From Escherichia coli (lineage in GTDB: Bacteria > Pseudomonadota > Gammaproteobacteria > Enterobacterales > Enterobacteriaceae): a stretch of 64,000 nucleotides of DNA. Within the stretch, counting starts at the first letter, position 1; each line of letters begins with the position of its first letter. The stretch lies in the NCBI RefSeq assembly GCF_013122565.1, contig NZ_CP053258.1. The stretch is one strand, 5' to 3'. Positions 25,518-37,017 of the stretch are shown piece after piece. Position numbers and translations under genes: made by a program. The notes beneath the pieces were generated by a model that was not told where the DNA came from, did no database searches, and saw nothing but the letters and a program-made list of their open reading frames with translations.

Positions 25518-26966
25518 TTATTCTCCATGCTCATTTTTCTTCAGCTTGCGCATCAGAAGCCACATACGTACTGTCCTGACTTTTAAATCTTTATCAGAGA
25601 CGGATTCCTTCACCAGGTCAGCATGATGCTGGTAGCCATTAAAGAAGACATTCAGCACAACGGCGCTAAGGGTTGCGAGCATAATGCCGCTATGCAGCAG
25701 CGGTTGCAGTACGGCCGGTAACTTAGAAAAGAAATCGTGAGAGAGCGTTGGAGTCATGCCAACGCCGAGACTGATCGCCACAATATAGAGGTTGTAACGG
25801 TTGGTGGTGTAGTTACAGCGCGACAGAATTCGAATCCCTGTCGCCAGTACCATGCCGAACATCACCAGCCCAGCGCCGCCCAGCACAAATTGCGGAATGG
25901 AGGCTACCAGCACCGCCATTTTTGGCACCATGCCAAACAGGATTAATATAATTCCCGAAGAAATACACACCCAGCGGCTATGAACGCGCGTCACGCTAAC
26001 CAGGCCAACGTTTTGAGAAAATGACGTATGGGGGAAGCTGTTAAACGTTCCGCCTATCATTGTCCCTACGCCATCGACACGCAGCCCGCGAATAATATCG
26101 TGTGAAGAGAGTTTACGACCAACTATTTCACCCAGTGCCAGGAACATCCCCATCGACTCGATAAACACGATGATTAACACGGCAGTCATGGTCAGAATGG
26201 AAACGGGATCAAAAATCGGCATACCAAACGACATCGGCGTAACAATCGCAAACCATGAAGCATCATGTAGCCCGGATAAATTGACTTCATTCATCATCCA
26301 CGAAAGTAAAAAGCCAAATACAATCCCCAGTAATACGGCGACGTTGGACATAAATCCTTTCGCATAGCGAGTAATGAGCAAGATAAAAATTAAGACGGCA
26401 AAGGAGATACCTAAATAAACGGGATTACCATATTGCGGATTCCCTTTACCTCCGGCGGCCCAGTCAATACCCACCTGAATGATGCTAAGCCCGATAGAAG
26501 TAATAACCACACCGGTAACCAGTGGCGGAAATAAAGGCATCAAGCGACCGATAAGTGGCGCTAATAATGTGGTGATAAAACCCGCGGCGATAGTGGCACC
26601 AAATATCCCCAGCAGGCCGATATCCGGGTTCATCCCAATGGCTATCATTGGTGTTACAGCAGCAAAGGTCACCGACATAATCACCGGCAGGCGGATCCCC
26701 ATAAAGCGGCCGATACCGATACATTGCAATAATGTGACGATCCCGCAGCAAAAGAGATCCGAGCTAATGAGCATCGCAATAGCATCTTTTGAGAGGCCCA
26801 GTCGGTCACCAATCATAAGAGGAACAGCGACTGCACCTGCGTACATGACAAGGACGTGTTGCAGACCGAGTATGATCAGCTTTCCTGGTGATAATATGCG
26901 GTCAACCTCATCAGTTGGGCGGTCTTGCCCAGAAGATGAGGGAAGTTGGGAATCTATGGCGCTCAT
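25518..26966 (-). CDS. uacT: uric acid permease (NCS2/NAT family)
   Basis: 482 aa from MSAIDSQLPSSSGQ; polytopic NAT-family transporter; ORF-track 43-codon extension trimmed. Confidence 0.9.
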   Translation of the reverse strand: MSAIDSQLPSSSGQDRPTDEVDRILSPGKLIILGLQHVLVMYAGAVAVPLMIGDRLGLSKDAIAMLISSDLFCCGIVTLLQCIGIGRFMGIRLPVIMSVTFAAVTPMIAIGMNPDIGLLGIFGATIAAGFITTLLAPLIGRLMPLFPPLVTGVVITSIGLSIIQVGIDWAAGGKGNPQYGNPVYLGISFAVLIFILLITRYAKGFMSNVAVLLGIVFGFLLSWMMNEVNLSGLHDASWFAIVTPMSFGMPIFDPVSILTMTAVLIIVFIESMGMFLALGEIVGRKLSSHDIIRGLRVDGVGTMIGGTFNSFPHTSFSQNVGLVSVTRVHSRWVCISSGIILILFGMVPKMAVLVASIPQFVLGGAGLVMFGMVLATGIRILSRCNYTTNRYNLYIVAISLGVGMTPTLSHDFFSKLPAVLQPLLHSGIMLATLSAVVLNVFFNGYQHHADLVKESVSDKDLKVRTVRMWLLMRKLKKNEHGE

Positions 26967-27401
26967 CAGTGTTTCTCCTTTCGCCCGCCAGAGTAAAAAG
27001 CAACCGTTTACGTTAATGAAACTGTCTAAACACATGCTCGTGGAGTGCCAGTTTTTGCGAGGAAGGGGAGTTAGAGACAGGAATTGCGGAGGCAATCACA
27101 TAATCGTGCTTAAACCACGAAAATGACAAGAGAACCTGACAATGGAATTATCTGTAATTTTCTCATATTGATATTTCATTAATCATTCTGGCATGTCGCA
27201 CTCTCGCATTTAATCGTTTTTATCTGGATAGCGCTCTTTTGATCGGCAATGTTGAAATAATGAAAGCGGCATAGATTGAGGGGCAATAATTTGAACTCAG
27301 TCGCAAAATTATAATTAAAACGGTCATGCTACCTAATATATGCCCGTTTATTGCATCGCGAAATTTGAGAAGACATAACTCATTAAATGAAAGGGATGCA
27401 A

Positions 27402-29321
27402 ATGAATAAGTTTATCGCTGCTGAAGCTGCGGAATGTATAGGCTGTCATGCTTGTGAAATTGCCTGTGCGGTGGCACACAATCAAGAAAACTGGCCGCTG
27501 AGTCACAGTGACTTTCGACCACGTATCCACGTTGTAGGGAAAGGCCAGGCTGCGAATCCGGTGGCCTGCCATCACTGCAACAATGCCCCTTGCGTTACGG
27601 CTTGTCCGGTTAATGCTCTGACTTTCCAGTCCGATAGCGTACAACTGGACGAGCAAAAATGTATTGGTTGTAAAAGATGCGCAATCGCTTGCCCCTTTGG
27701 CGTCGTTGAGATGGTCGATACGATTGCGCAGAAATGCGACCTTTGTAACCAGCGCAGTTCCGGCACGCAAGCCTGTATTGAAGTTTGCCCAACACAGGCG
27801 TTACGACTGATGGACGATAAAGGGTTACAGCAGATAAAGGTGGCCCGCCAGCGCAAAACGGCAGCAGGAAAAGCGTCATCAGACGCTCAGCCATCTCGCA
27901 GTGCAGCGTTGCTCCCCGTTAACTCGCGTAAAGGCGCAGATAAAATTTCAGCAAGTGAACGGAAAAACCACTTTGGCGAAATCTATTGCGGGCTGGATCC
28001 ACAACAAGCGACTTATGAGAGTGACCGCTGTGTTTATTGTGCCGAAAAAGCTAACTGCAACTGGCATTGCCCGCTGCATAACGCTATTCCGGATTACATC
28101 CGTCTGGTACAGGAGGGAAAGATTATTGAAGCGGCAGAACTTTGCCACCAGACCAGTTCCTTACCAGAAATCTGCGGCAGGGTATGTCCACAGGACCGTC
28201 TTTGTGAAGGTGCATGTACTTTGAAAGATCACTCTGGCGCAGTCTCTATCGGTAATCTGGAACGCTACATCACCGATACCGCGCTGGCGATGGGCTGGCG
28301 TCCCGATGTCAGCAAAGTTGTTCCCCGTATCGAGAAAGTGGCGGTGATTGGCGCTGGGCCTGCAGGGTTAGGGTGTGCTGATATTCTGGCGCGCGCAGGA
28401 GTTCAGGTCGATGTCTTTGATCGCCATCCAGAAATTGGCGGTATGCTGACTTTTGGCATTCCTCCTTTCAAACTCGATAAAACGGTATTAAGCCAGCGGC
28501 GAGAGATATTCACCGCAATGGGAATCGACTTTCATCTTAACTGTGAAATTGGCCGCGATATTACCTTTAGCGATTTAACTTCTGAATATGATGCAGTTTT
28601 CATCGGCGTGGGGACTTACGGGATGATGCGAGCAGATCTGCCACATGAAGATGCGCCCGGTGTCATTCAGGCTCTACCGTTCCTGACTGCCCATACCCGC
28701 CAGCTCATGGGATTGCCGGAGTCTAAAGAGTATCCGCTGACGGACGTGGAAGGTAAGCGAGTCGTGGTATTGGGCGGTGGCGATACGACAATGGATTGTT
28801 TGCGGACTTCCATTCGCCTCAATGCTGCCAGCGTGACCTGCGCGTATCGTCGTGATGAAGTCAGTATGCCGGGCTCGCGCAAAGAGGTGGTCAATGCGCG
28901 CGAGGAAGGTGTCGAGTTTCAATTCAATGTTCAGCCGCAATATATCGCTTGTGACGAAGATGGGCGTTTAACTGCGGTGGGCCTGATTCGTACCGCCATG
29001 GGTGAGCCGGGGCCGGATGGTCGCCGTCGTCCTCGTCCGGTAGCGGGTTCAGAGTTTGAATTGCCCGCCGATGTTCTCATTATGGCCTTTGGTTTCCAGG
29101 CGCATGCCATGCCGTGGTTGCAGGGCAGCGGAATTAAACTCGATAAATGGGGCCTGATTCAAACCGGCGACGTTGGGTATTTACCTACCCAGACGCATCT
29201 GAAAAAAGTCTTTGCTGGTGGTGATGCAGTTCATGGCGCGGATCTGGTTGTCACTGCAATGGCCGCAGGAAGGCAGGCGGCGCGCGATATGTTAACTCTG
29301 TTTGATACGAAGGCATCGTGA
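27402..29321 (+). CDS. ygfT: Fe-S flavoprotein: N-terminal 2x[4Fe-4S] ferredoxin domain fused to a GltD-like NAD(P)H/FAD oxidoreductase
   Basis: four CxxCxxCxxxCP clusters, then dinucleotide-binding motifs [14 protein letters not shown] and [13 protein letters not shown]; RBS aaggga 5 nt before the ATG at 27402. Confidence 0.9.
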
Positions 29322-29809
29322 TGAAATCGTTAATTATCGTTAATCCGGCTGACTGTATTGGCTGCCGTACTTGTGAAGTAGCCTGTGTGGTCGCTCACCC
29401 TTCAGAACAGGAGTTGAATGCCGATGTCTTTTTACCCCGGCTGAAGGTACAGCGATTGGACAGCATCAGTGCGCCGGTGATGTGCCATCAGTGTGAAAAC
29501 GCCCCTTGTGTTGGCGCTTGCCCCGTGGGGGCGCTGACGATGGGCGAGCAGGTGGTGCAGACCAATTCTGCCCGTTGTATTGGCTGTCAGAGTTGCGTCA
29601 GTGCGTGCCCGTTTGGAATGATCACCATTCAGTCGTTGCCGGGGGATACCCGGCAACAAATCGTGAAATGCGATCTCTGTGAACAGCGGGAAGAGGGGCC
29701 AGCCTGCGTTGAATCTTGCCCAACACAGGCGCTGCAGTTGCTTACTGAAAGAGAACTCAGGCGAGTCCGCCAGCAGCGTATTGTTGCCAGCGGTGAGAAT
29801 CCTCTGTGA
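29321..29809 (+). CDS. ygfS: 4Fe-4S ferredoxin-like electron-transfer protein
   Basis: 162 aa with four Cys clusters ([43 protein letters not shown]...CVESCP); start overlaps the ygfT stop. Confidence 0.85.
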
Positions 29810-29844
29810 AAGAAATCTCCGCGCTGAAAGGCGCGGAGAATCTA

Positions 29845-31212
29845 TTAGATTGCCCAACCACCCGCGTAAAATGCGACCAGTGCGGCAGTAATGATCACCG
29901 TACCAATATTCAGCTTTTGCCATTCGCGTGCAAAGACGCGGCCTACGACCAGTGTCACAAAGCCCAGCATAATACCGGTAACGATATTACAAGTCAGAAC
30001 GATGAACACGGCACACACCAGGCCAGCCATAGCGTCAATAAAATCATTGAAATCCAGCTTCGAGACGTTACTTAACATCAGCAAACCCACGTACATCAGA
30101 GCGGGTGCAGTGGCGTAACCAGGGATCAAAAATGACAGCGGTGATAAGAACAGAATCAGCAGGAATAACGCCCCCACTACGGTTGCGGTTAACCCTGTTT
30201 TACCCCCGGCGGCGGTTCCTGCCGCTGATTCGATATAAACCGCTGCGGGCGCTGCGCCCACCAGACCGGAGAATATTGAACTTACTGAGTCACTGGTCAG
30301 GGCTTTGCCGCCGTTGATGATCTGGTTGTCTTTATCCAACAAATTCGCCTGACCGGCGACAGCACGGATGGTGCCAGTAGCGTCGAACACTGCGGTCATC
30401 ACCAATGCCAGTACACTCGGAAGTACAGTTGGCTGGAGTGCGCCCATAATATCGAGGCTGAAAATCAGAGACTTACCATCTTCGCCAGTCAGGCTTGGCA
30501 TCGCCACCAGACCGTGGTATTTCACCGCTGGGTCAAAGATTAAGCCGATGATCGAAATTGCAATAATCACCAACAAGATCCCGCCGGGTACGCGACACTT
30601 CTCCAGACCGAAGATGACCGCCAGCCCCAGCAAGCTCATCATCACCGGGAAGGAGGTAAACGCACCGAGCGCCACTGGCAAGCCTTCAATCGGGTTTTTG
30701 ATAACCATACCCACACCGTTAGCAGCAATCAGCAGCAGAAACAGCCCGATACCGATACCTGTACCGTGAGCGATACCCATCGGCAAATTACGTAAGATCC
30801 AGGTACGCACACCGGTTACGGAAATGGCGGTGAAGATGACGCCCATCAGAAAGACCGCGCCCAGTGCGACAGGAACGCTAATTTGTTGCCCGAGTACCAG
30901 ACTGAATGCGGTAAACGCCGTCAGGGAAATCGCGCAACCAATCGCCATTGGCAAATTGGCCCATAACCCCATCAGCAACGAGCCGAAGCCCGCGACCAGA
31001 CAGGTGGCAACAAACACAGCTGCGGGAGGAAAACCTGCTTTGCCCAGCATTCCCGGAACAACGATAACGGAATAAACCATGGCCAGAAAGGTCGTTAAGC
31101 CAGCCAGTACTTCCTGACGAACGGTACTGCCACGAGCGGTAATTTTAAAATAATTATCCAGCGCGCCCTGTGGCTTTGGTGCGTCCGGTGTTTGTAGGAT
31201 GTCTCCAGACAT
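29845..31212 (-). CDS. ghxQ: guanine/hypoxanthine permease (NCS2 AzgA-like)
   Basis: 455 aa polytopic transporter [34 protein letters not shown]. Confidence 0.9.
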   Translation of the reverse strand: MSGDILQTPDAPKPQGALDNYFKITARGSTVRQEVLAGLTTFLAMVYSVIVVPGMLGKAGFPPAAVFVATCLVAGFGSLLMGLWANLPMAIGCAISLTAFTAFSLVLGQQISVPVALGAVFLMGVIFTAISVTGVRTWILRNLPMGIAHGTGIGIGLFLLLIAANGVGMVIKNPIEGLPVALGAFTSFPVMMSLLGLAVIFGLEKCRVPGGILLVIIAISIIGLIFDPAVKYHGLVAMPSLTGEDGKSLIFSLDIMGALQPTVLPSVLALVMTAVFDATGTIRAVAGQANLLDKDNQIINGGKALTSDSVSSIFSGLVGAAPAAVYIESAAGTAAGGKTGLTATVVGALFLLILFLSPLSFLIPGYATAPALMYVGLLMLSNVSKLDFNDFIDAMAGLVCAVFIVLTCNIVTGIMLGFVTLVVGRVFAREWQKLNIGTVIITAALVAFYAGGWAI

Positions 31213-31247
31213 AATGATGTCCTCACGAGGATGTTAAAGTTTTATTA

Positions 31248-32564
31248 TTAGTTGCGTTCGTACACCAGACGACCATCAACGTAGGTGCGGTAGATCGAAC
31301 GGTCATCGCCCAACGTCATCATCACGAACAATTTGTCGACTAAAGAAACAGAGTTGTCATAGCGCAGCTGCTGTAGCGGAGTGGCGGTGGGTTCCATCAC
31401 CACGAAATCAGCCTCTTTGCCAGGTAAAAAGTTGCCAATCAAATCGTCAAGGCCCAGAGATTTCGCTCCGCCGAGCGTGGCCAGGTAAAACGCTTCATAT
31501 GCCGAGAGGCGATAGCCTTGTAATTGCAATACTTTGTAGGCTTCGTTCAGCGTTTGCAGCATGTTGAAAGTGGTTCCGGCACCAATATCCGTTCCCATGC
31601 CCACTTTGACTTTCTTCTGCCATGCTTTTTTCAGGTTGAATAAGCCGCTGCCGAGGTAAAGGTTGGAGGTCGGACAGAAAGCAATGCTGGATTTGGTTTC
31701 GCTGAGACGATCCCACTCTTTTTCTTCGAGATGGACGCAGTGAGCAAAGACACAGTTTTTACCGGTCAGGCCGTACTGATGGTAAACATCCAGATAACCA
31801 TCATGGTCAGGATAAAGCGATTTCACCCAGGCAATTTCATCTTTGTTTTCACAGAGATGGGTATGTACCCACGTATCCGGATATTCCTCTTTCAGGCGTT
31901 GCGCCATCGCCATCTGTTCAGGAGAAGAAGTAGGGGCGAAGCGTGGTGTAATCGCATATAGCAGACGACCATTTTTGTGCCAGCGTTCAATCAGTTCTTT
32001 GCTTTGGTGATAGCTGCTTTCGGCAGTGTCGAGCAGATAATCCGGTGCGTTACGGTCCATCATCACCTTACCGGCAATCATACGCATATTGATATGACTG
32101 GCGGCTTCAAACAGCGCATCAACGGATTGCGGATGAACAGTGCCAAACACCAGCGCCGTGGTGGTTCCGTTACGTAAAAGCTGCTTGATGAAGAACGCCG
32201 ACATTTCGCGGGCGTACTCTAAATCCTCATAACGCCGTTCAGTAGGGAAGGTGTGTTTATTCAACCACTCCAGCAATTGTTCACCATAGGCCCCCACCAT
32301 TTCACTTTGCGGATAATGGATATGTGTATCGACAAAGCCCGGTACTATCAGTTTGCCGCGATAGTCGCGCACGCGAATGGTGTCAGGAATTTGATGCTTT
32401 CCGTTTTCCCATTCGCCAAACCATTCCACTTTTCCCTGTTTAATGAGTAATAAACCATCCTCAATAAACCGCAGCGCAGAGGCAATCTCTTCCGGGTTAT
32501 CGACCGTACGGGTGACATCAATAAAACTGCCTCGTACCGCTTTTAACGTGTGTTCTCCTGACAT
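31248..32564 (-). CDS. guaD: guanine deaminase
   Basis: amidohydrolase with metal-binding HxH (DTHIHYPQ); start MSGEHTLK preceded by RBS aaggag; ORF-track extension trimmed. Confidence 0.9.
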   Translation of the reverse strand: MSGEHTLKAVRGSFIDVTRTVDNPEEIASALRFIEDGLLLIKQGKVEWFGEWENGKHQIPDTIRVRDYRGKLIVPGFVDTHIHYPQSEMVGAYGEQLLEWLNKHTFPTERRYEDLEYAREMSAFFIKQLLRNGTTTALVFGTVHPQSVDALFEAASHINMRMIAGKVMMDRNAPDYLLDTAESSYHQSKELIERWHKNGRLLYAITPRFAPTSSPEQMAMAQRLKEEYPDTWVHTHLCENKDEIAWVKSLYPDHDGYLDVYHQYGLTGKNCVFAHCVHLEEKEWDRLSETKSSIAFCPTSNLYLGSGLFNLKKAWQKKVKVGMGTDIGAGTTFNMLQTLNEAYKVLQLQGYRLSAYEAFYLATLGGAKSLGLDDLIGNFLPGKEADFVVMEPTATPLQQLRYDNSVSLVDKLFVMMTLGDDRSIYRTYVDGRLVYERN

Positions 32565-32581
32565 TATTGACTCCTTTACTG

Positions 32582-33982
32582 TTAATCCATCTCTTCCGCT
32601 GAGGTAATACCAGGCAGAACGTTTTCCTGTCGGTAGCCACCAGGGAGGATAATATTTAATAAAATCGCAGTTAACCCGCCAGCACAAATAGGGTTTTCAA
32701 CTAATACATAAATAGAGGCTGGCAATATTTTAAAAATTTCGGGATCGTAGGAGACGCCAAGCCCTAAACCTAAAGAAGTGGCGACAATAAGTGTTTCACG
32801 CCGCTTTAATCCGTTGGTGATGATGATGCGAATCCCAGCGATGGCAATCATGGAAAACATCAACGTCATTGCGCCTCCCAGAACTGCCGAGGGAATGGTC
32901 GTGAAGAAGCCGCCAATCATCGGAAATAAGCCGAGGATAACCAGCATTACCGCGATGGTTCGCCCGACATAACGTGAAGCGACGCCAGTCATCTGAATAA
33001 CCCCATTATTTTGCGCAAACGTGGTTAATGGTAATGAACCGACAGCGGAGGCGATAACAGAAACCAGACCATCTGCCAGCACGCCGCCTTTCAGTCGGGA
33101 CTGATACTCTTCCCCCTGAATGGGGCGGCGGGAAACCATTGCCGTGGCGGTGATATCGCCGACTGCTTCCAGCACGCTAAGCAGATAAATCGTGCCAACC
33201 ACCAGGAACTGATGGAAGCTAAAACTAAAGCCGTATTTGAACGGATGCGGGATGGTGATTAACGGCAAATTGCGCATACTGCTGAAATCCACCATGCCCA
33301 GGCATAACGATGCGATATAGCCGACACATAGCCCAATGGCGATCCCTCCCATGCGTAGCAACGGACTGCGACAGCAGTTAAAGCCGATCACCACAATTAA
33401 AACCAATAAACCAACGCCGAGATGTTCGTAATTGCCGAACGTACCACTGCTTTTGGCTGCAAATCCTCCACCAAAATCGATAATGCCGACTTTAATCAGG
33501 CTTAAGCCGATCATCAGTACCACAATACCGCTGACGGTAGGCGTAATAACCCGACGTAAATAGGGCAAGATAAATGAAGATCCGACAACCAGAAATGCGC
33601 CAACGAAGGAGACGCCGAGAAGCGACGACATGATTAACTCTTCGTGAAAACCGTCGCTTTTCATGCTGCTGCCCAGCGCAATCATGACCGTAACAAATGA
33701 AAAATTGACTGACTGAATTGAGAGTAGGCCAGAACCGACGATGCCGTAGCGGTTTACTTGTAACCAGGTACCAATACCAGAGGCGATCATCGCCATAGAA
33801 ACAAGATAGGCGGTTGTTTCAGCGGAAAGCTGTAAGGCCGCACCCACGATTAACGCGGGGGTTACCATCGGAACGAAAATTGCCAACAGATGGGTAATGG
33901 CACCAACGAGAGACTGATGAAAGGGAGGGCGATCCTCCAGTTCAAATATAAGGTCAGAACCTGCATGGTTTATATCAGACAT
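32582..33982 (-). CDS. xanQ: xanthine permease (NCS2/NAT family)
   Basis: 466 aa from MSDINHAGSDLIFELEDRPPFHQ; NAT signature region. Confidence 0.9.
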   Translation of the reverse strand: MSDINHAGSDLIFELEDRPPFHQSLVGAITHLLAIFVPMVTPALIVGAALQLSAETTAYLVSMAMIASGIGTWLQVNRYGIVGSGLLSIQSVNFSFVTVMIALGSSMKSDGFHEELIMSSLLGVSFVGAFLVVGSSFILPYLRRVITPTVSGIVVLMIGLSLIKVGIIDFGGGFAAKSSGTFGNYEHLGVGLLVLIVVIGFNCCRSPLLRMGGIAIGLCVGYIASLCLGMVDFSSMRNLPLITIPHPFKYGFSFSFHQFLVVGTIYLLSVLEAVGDITATAMVSRRPIQGEEYQSRLKGGVLADGLVSVIASAVGSLPLTTFAQNNGVIQMTGVASRYVGRTIAVMLVILGLFPMIGGFFTTIPSAVLGGAMTLMFSMIAIAGIRIIITNGLKRRETLIVATSLGLGLGVSYDPEIFKILPASIYVLVENPICAGGLTAILLNIILPGGYRQENVLPGITSAEEMD

Positions 33983-34146
33983 CCCTTCACTCCTTTTAAA
34001 GTAAATTTGATCATCTGAATTAGTAAAATAAATTCCCACGAATTTGGGGCGCAGGACGCCTTGAGAACGGCTTATCTCATTTTCGCAGTCACTATTTAGT
34101 CATCGTTCAAACAGAGAAACAGGCCGCCGAAGCGGCCATTTATTAT

Positions 34147-37017
34147 TTATATTTTTTCCAGCGCAGTGAGTATTTTCTCCGGTGTGAAATGCCATTCGCG
34201 TAACCAGATGCCGCAGGCATCGTGAATTGCGGTAGCAATCGCCGGAGCTGCGCCATTTACACCGATTTCCGAGATCGATTTCGCCCCGAACGGGCCGACT
34301 TTATCGTCGCTCGGCACCAGCACAGCGCGGAAATCACGCGGAATGTCACCAATTTTCGGTGCGCCGTAACTGCGTAAATCACGCGTTAACGGGTGACCTT
34401 CGGCGTCATAAATGATCTCTTCGCTCATACTGTGGCCGATAGCACGCAGGGTGGCACCGTAGATTTGTCCCAACGCTAACTCTGGATTGACCGGTGTACC
34501 GCAGTCCAGCAAGGCGTAGAATTTATCCAGGCTGATTTCACCCGTACGCGTGTTGACGGCAACTTCAGCGAAGTTTGCGCCATACGGGAAAGCGAAATCA
34601 GGCGTGATATAACTGCCAGTTCCCACCAGTGAACCAAAGCCGGTGCCGGTTTCGCCTTTATGGGCAATATCCCCGAAACTAACTTCGCCTTTCTTGCCGC
34701 GCACGACGCCCGGCGTTGCTAGTTGAACATCTGCCACTGGCTCACCCAACATTTGCGCGCCGTGGAACAGAATTTTCTCCCGCAGATTTTCCGCTGCTAA
34801 ACGCGCCGCGTTACCCGAGAAGCAAGTACCGGACGAGGCATATGCGCCTTTATCAAACAACGCATGATCGGTATCACCGGAGATAACATGCACGTCCTGT
34901 GGTGGGCAGTGCAGCACTTCTGCTGCCAGTTTCGTCACCACAGTATCCAGACCAGTACCAATATCCGCACCGCCAGAATGAACAATAAAGGTGCCGTCCG
35001 ATTCCAGTTTGATCATGCAGTTAGCCTGATCGATATCCGGGATACCCGATTTCTGCATGATAATGGCGACGCCGCGACCGATGTGCCAGTCACCATTTTG
35101 CGGTTTCGGTGACGACCATTGGATCATCTCGCGACCCTGACGCAGGATCTCTTCCAGTGCGCAGCTGGCGGCGGAAGGAACGGAGGTTGGCGCTTTACCT
35201 TCACCGATTGCACCGAGAATTTTCAGCTCTTGCCCTTCGTGTACCCGGTTACGTTCGATAATTTCCAGTTGGTCGATCTGTAACTGTTCAGCCAGTTCCG
35301 CTAATGCCATGGTGATAGCGAAGTTACCTTTCGGTGCGCCATAACCCTGATAAGCACCATTTGGGCAAATGTTGCTGTAGTAGGTGGTGACCTGGAAATC
35401 GACGTTATCGCACGGATATAACGGCAGCGACAGCGCCGGTCCGTTACATGGTACGGTGAGTGAGTGGTTGCCGTAAGGGCCAGTGTTGGCGCGGAAATCC
35501 ATCTTCACTGCCGTCAGGCGACCATCTTTTTTCGCTCCCAGTTTGACGGTGACTTTCGCGACGTGACGAGAGGTGTTAGCAATAAACTCTTCTTCACGGG
35601 TGTAGCGGAACAGTACCGGACGCCCGGTCACGCAGGTTGCCCAGGCGCACACTTCTTCCAGCAGGATGTCCTGTTTGGAACCAAAACCGCCGCCAACTCG
35701 CTCTTTAATGACATGAACTTTATGCTGTTTCATGCCCACGAGGCGCGCGACCTGGCGGCGTAAGTGCCATGGTACCTGGGTGGAGGCGTGGATAACCAGA
35801 CGATCGCCGTCCATACGAGTAAAGCAGATATGTGTTTCAGTCGGGCACTGCTGCGCCTGCGTTGAGTTATAGGTTCGCTCAATGATCACATCGGCATCGG
35901 CAAAGCCTTTGTCCATATCGCCAATATGACCATGAATACTGGCGGCGATATTTTTGCGTGGACGAGAACCGATCGGGAAGTTGATGATCATATGCTCGCC
36001 GCGCTGGGCTGCATGGCTGTTATCGTCTTCCAGAGTATCTGGCGCACCAGCAACATACACCACCGGTTCATCGTGCACGACAGGCGCATCTTCCGCCATT
36101 GCTTCGTCGATCGACATTACCGGCTTAAGCACTTCATATTCAACGTCGATGAGCTTCAGTGCTTCGAGCGCAATTTCTTCACTTTCAGCGACCACCGCAG
36201 CAACGCGATCGCCGACGTGACGCATTTTCTTGCCGAACATACGGCGGTCAAGCGGTGACGGTTCCGGTGCGCTCTGCCCCCCCGGGGTATAGTAGATATC
36301 CGGGCAATTCAGGTGAGTAATAACGTGAACGACGCCCGGTAAGGCTTCAGCTTTGCTGACATCCAGATGAGTAATCAGTGCGTGAGCGTGTGGGCTACGT
36401 AACATTTTAATGACGCAGGCGTCAGCCGTTACGCGGTCTTCAACATAGCAGGGTTTCGCCTGCACCATTTTCGCGGCATCAGTTTTAGGATAATGCTTGC
36501 CAATGACGTCAAGGTCGTCACGGAAAGTCGGAGCGATATCAATGGTGGCCTGCGGATTATTTTTACGTGCAACCGCCAGTTCAATGACCTGATAGTATTG
36601 TTGCCAGCCTGCATCGCGGCTGAACAAACCAGAAAGCGCGTCGTCGATCTCTTCGCGGGTAGGTGCGGCGATACGATCGAGAAGATCGGTGATAATCAGA
36701 GCTGCAGCTGGATCGTTATAACCAGACTGCACCACGCCAACATCAACCATTGCCTGTTGAACCAGACTTAACTCGTTCCATTTGCCCAGAGATTCTGCGG
36801 TACGAATATCTGCCTTCTCTAACTGTGCGGCAATAAGCAAGGACGCGTTAACGATATTACCTTTAAAGATAATTGCGTCAGAACCGGCAAACCCAAAGCC
36901 ATCATCACTGTTGCGTACAGAGTGCATTCCCATGTTAAACAACAGATTCTGCACGTTTTCGCCTGGATTAACGGTTAGCTCCTGAGGCGCGCCATTTAAA
37001 GTAAAGTGGATGATCAT
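34147..37017 (-). CDS. xdhD: molybdopterin-dependent hydroxylase, fused [2Fe-2S] and Mo-binding subunit (xanthine-dehydrogenase family)
   Basis: 956 aa with N-terminal 2Fe-2S ferredoxin-like region followed by aldehyde oxidase / xanthine dehydrogenase Mo-binding domains. Confidence 0.9.
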   Translation of the reverse strand: MIIHFTLNGAPQELTVNPGENVQNLLFNMGMHSVRNSDDGFGFAGSDAIIFKGNIVNASLLIAAQLEKADIRTAESLGKWNELSLVQQAMVDVGVVQSGYNDPAAALIITDLLDRIAAPTREEIDDALSGLFSRDAGWQQYYQVIELAVARKNNPQATIDIAPTFRDDLDVIGKHYPKTDAAKMVQAKPCYVEDRVTADACVIKMLRSPHAHALITHLDVSKAEALPGVVHVITHLNCPDIYYTPGGQSAPEPSPLDRRMFGKKMRHVGDRVAAVVAESEEIALEALKLIDVEYEVLKPVMSIDEAMAEDAPVVHDEPVVYVAGAPDTLEDDNSHAAQRGEHMIINFPIGSRPRKNIAASIHGHIGDMDKGFADADVIIERTYNSTQAQQCPTETHICFTRMDGDRLVIHASTQVPWHLRRQVARLVGMKQHKVHVIKERVGGGFGSKQDILLEEVCAWATCVTGRPVLFRYTREEEFIANTSRHVAKVTVKLGAKKDGRLTAVKMDFRANTGPYGNHSLTVPCNGPALSLPLYPCDNVDFQVTTYYSNICPNGAYQGYGAPKGNFAITMALAELAEQLQIDQLEIIERNRVHEGQELKILGAIGEGKAPTSVPSAASCALEEILRQGREMIQWSSPKPQNGDWHIGRGVAIIMQKSGIPDIDQANCMIKLESDGTFIVHSGGADIGTGLDTVVTKLAAEVLHCPPQDVHVISGDTDHALFDKGAYASSGTCFSGNAARLAAENLREKILFHGAQMLGEPVADVQLATPGVVRGKKGEVSFGDIAHKGETGTGFGSLVGTGSYITPDFAFPYGANFAEVAVNTRTGEISLDKFYALLDCGTPVNPELALGQIYGATLRAIGHSMSEEIIYDAEGHPLTRDLRSYGAPKIGDIPRDFRAVLVPSDDKVGPFGAKSISEIGVNGAAPAIATAIHDACGIWLREWHFTPEKILTALEKI

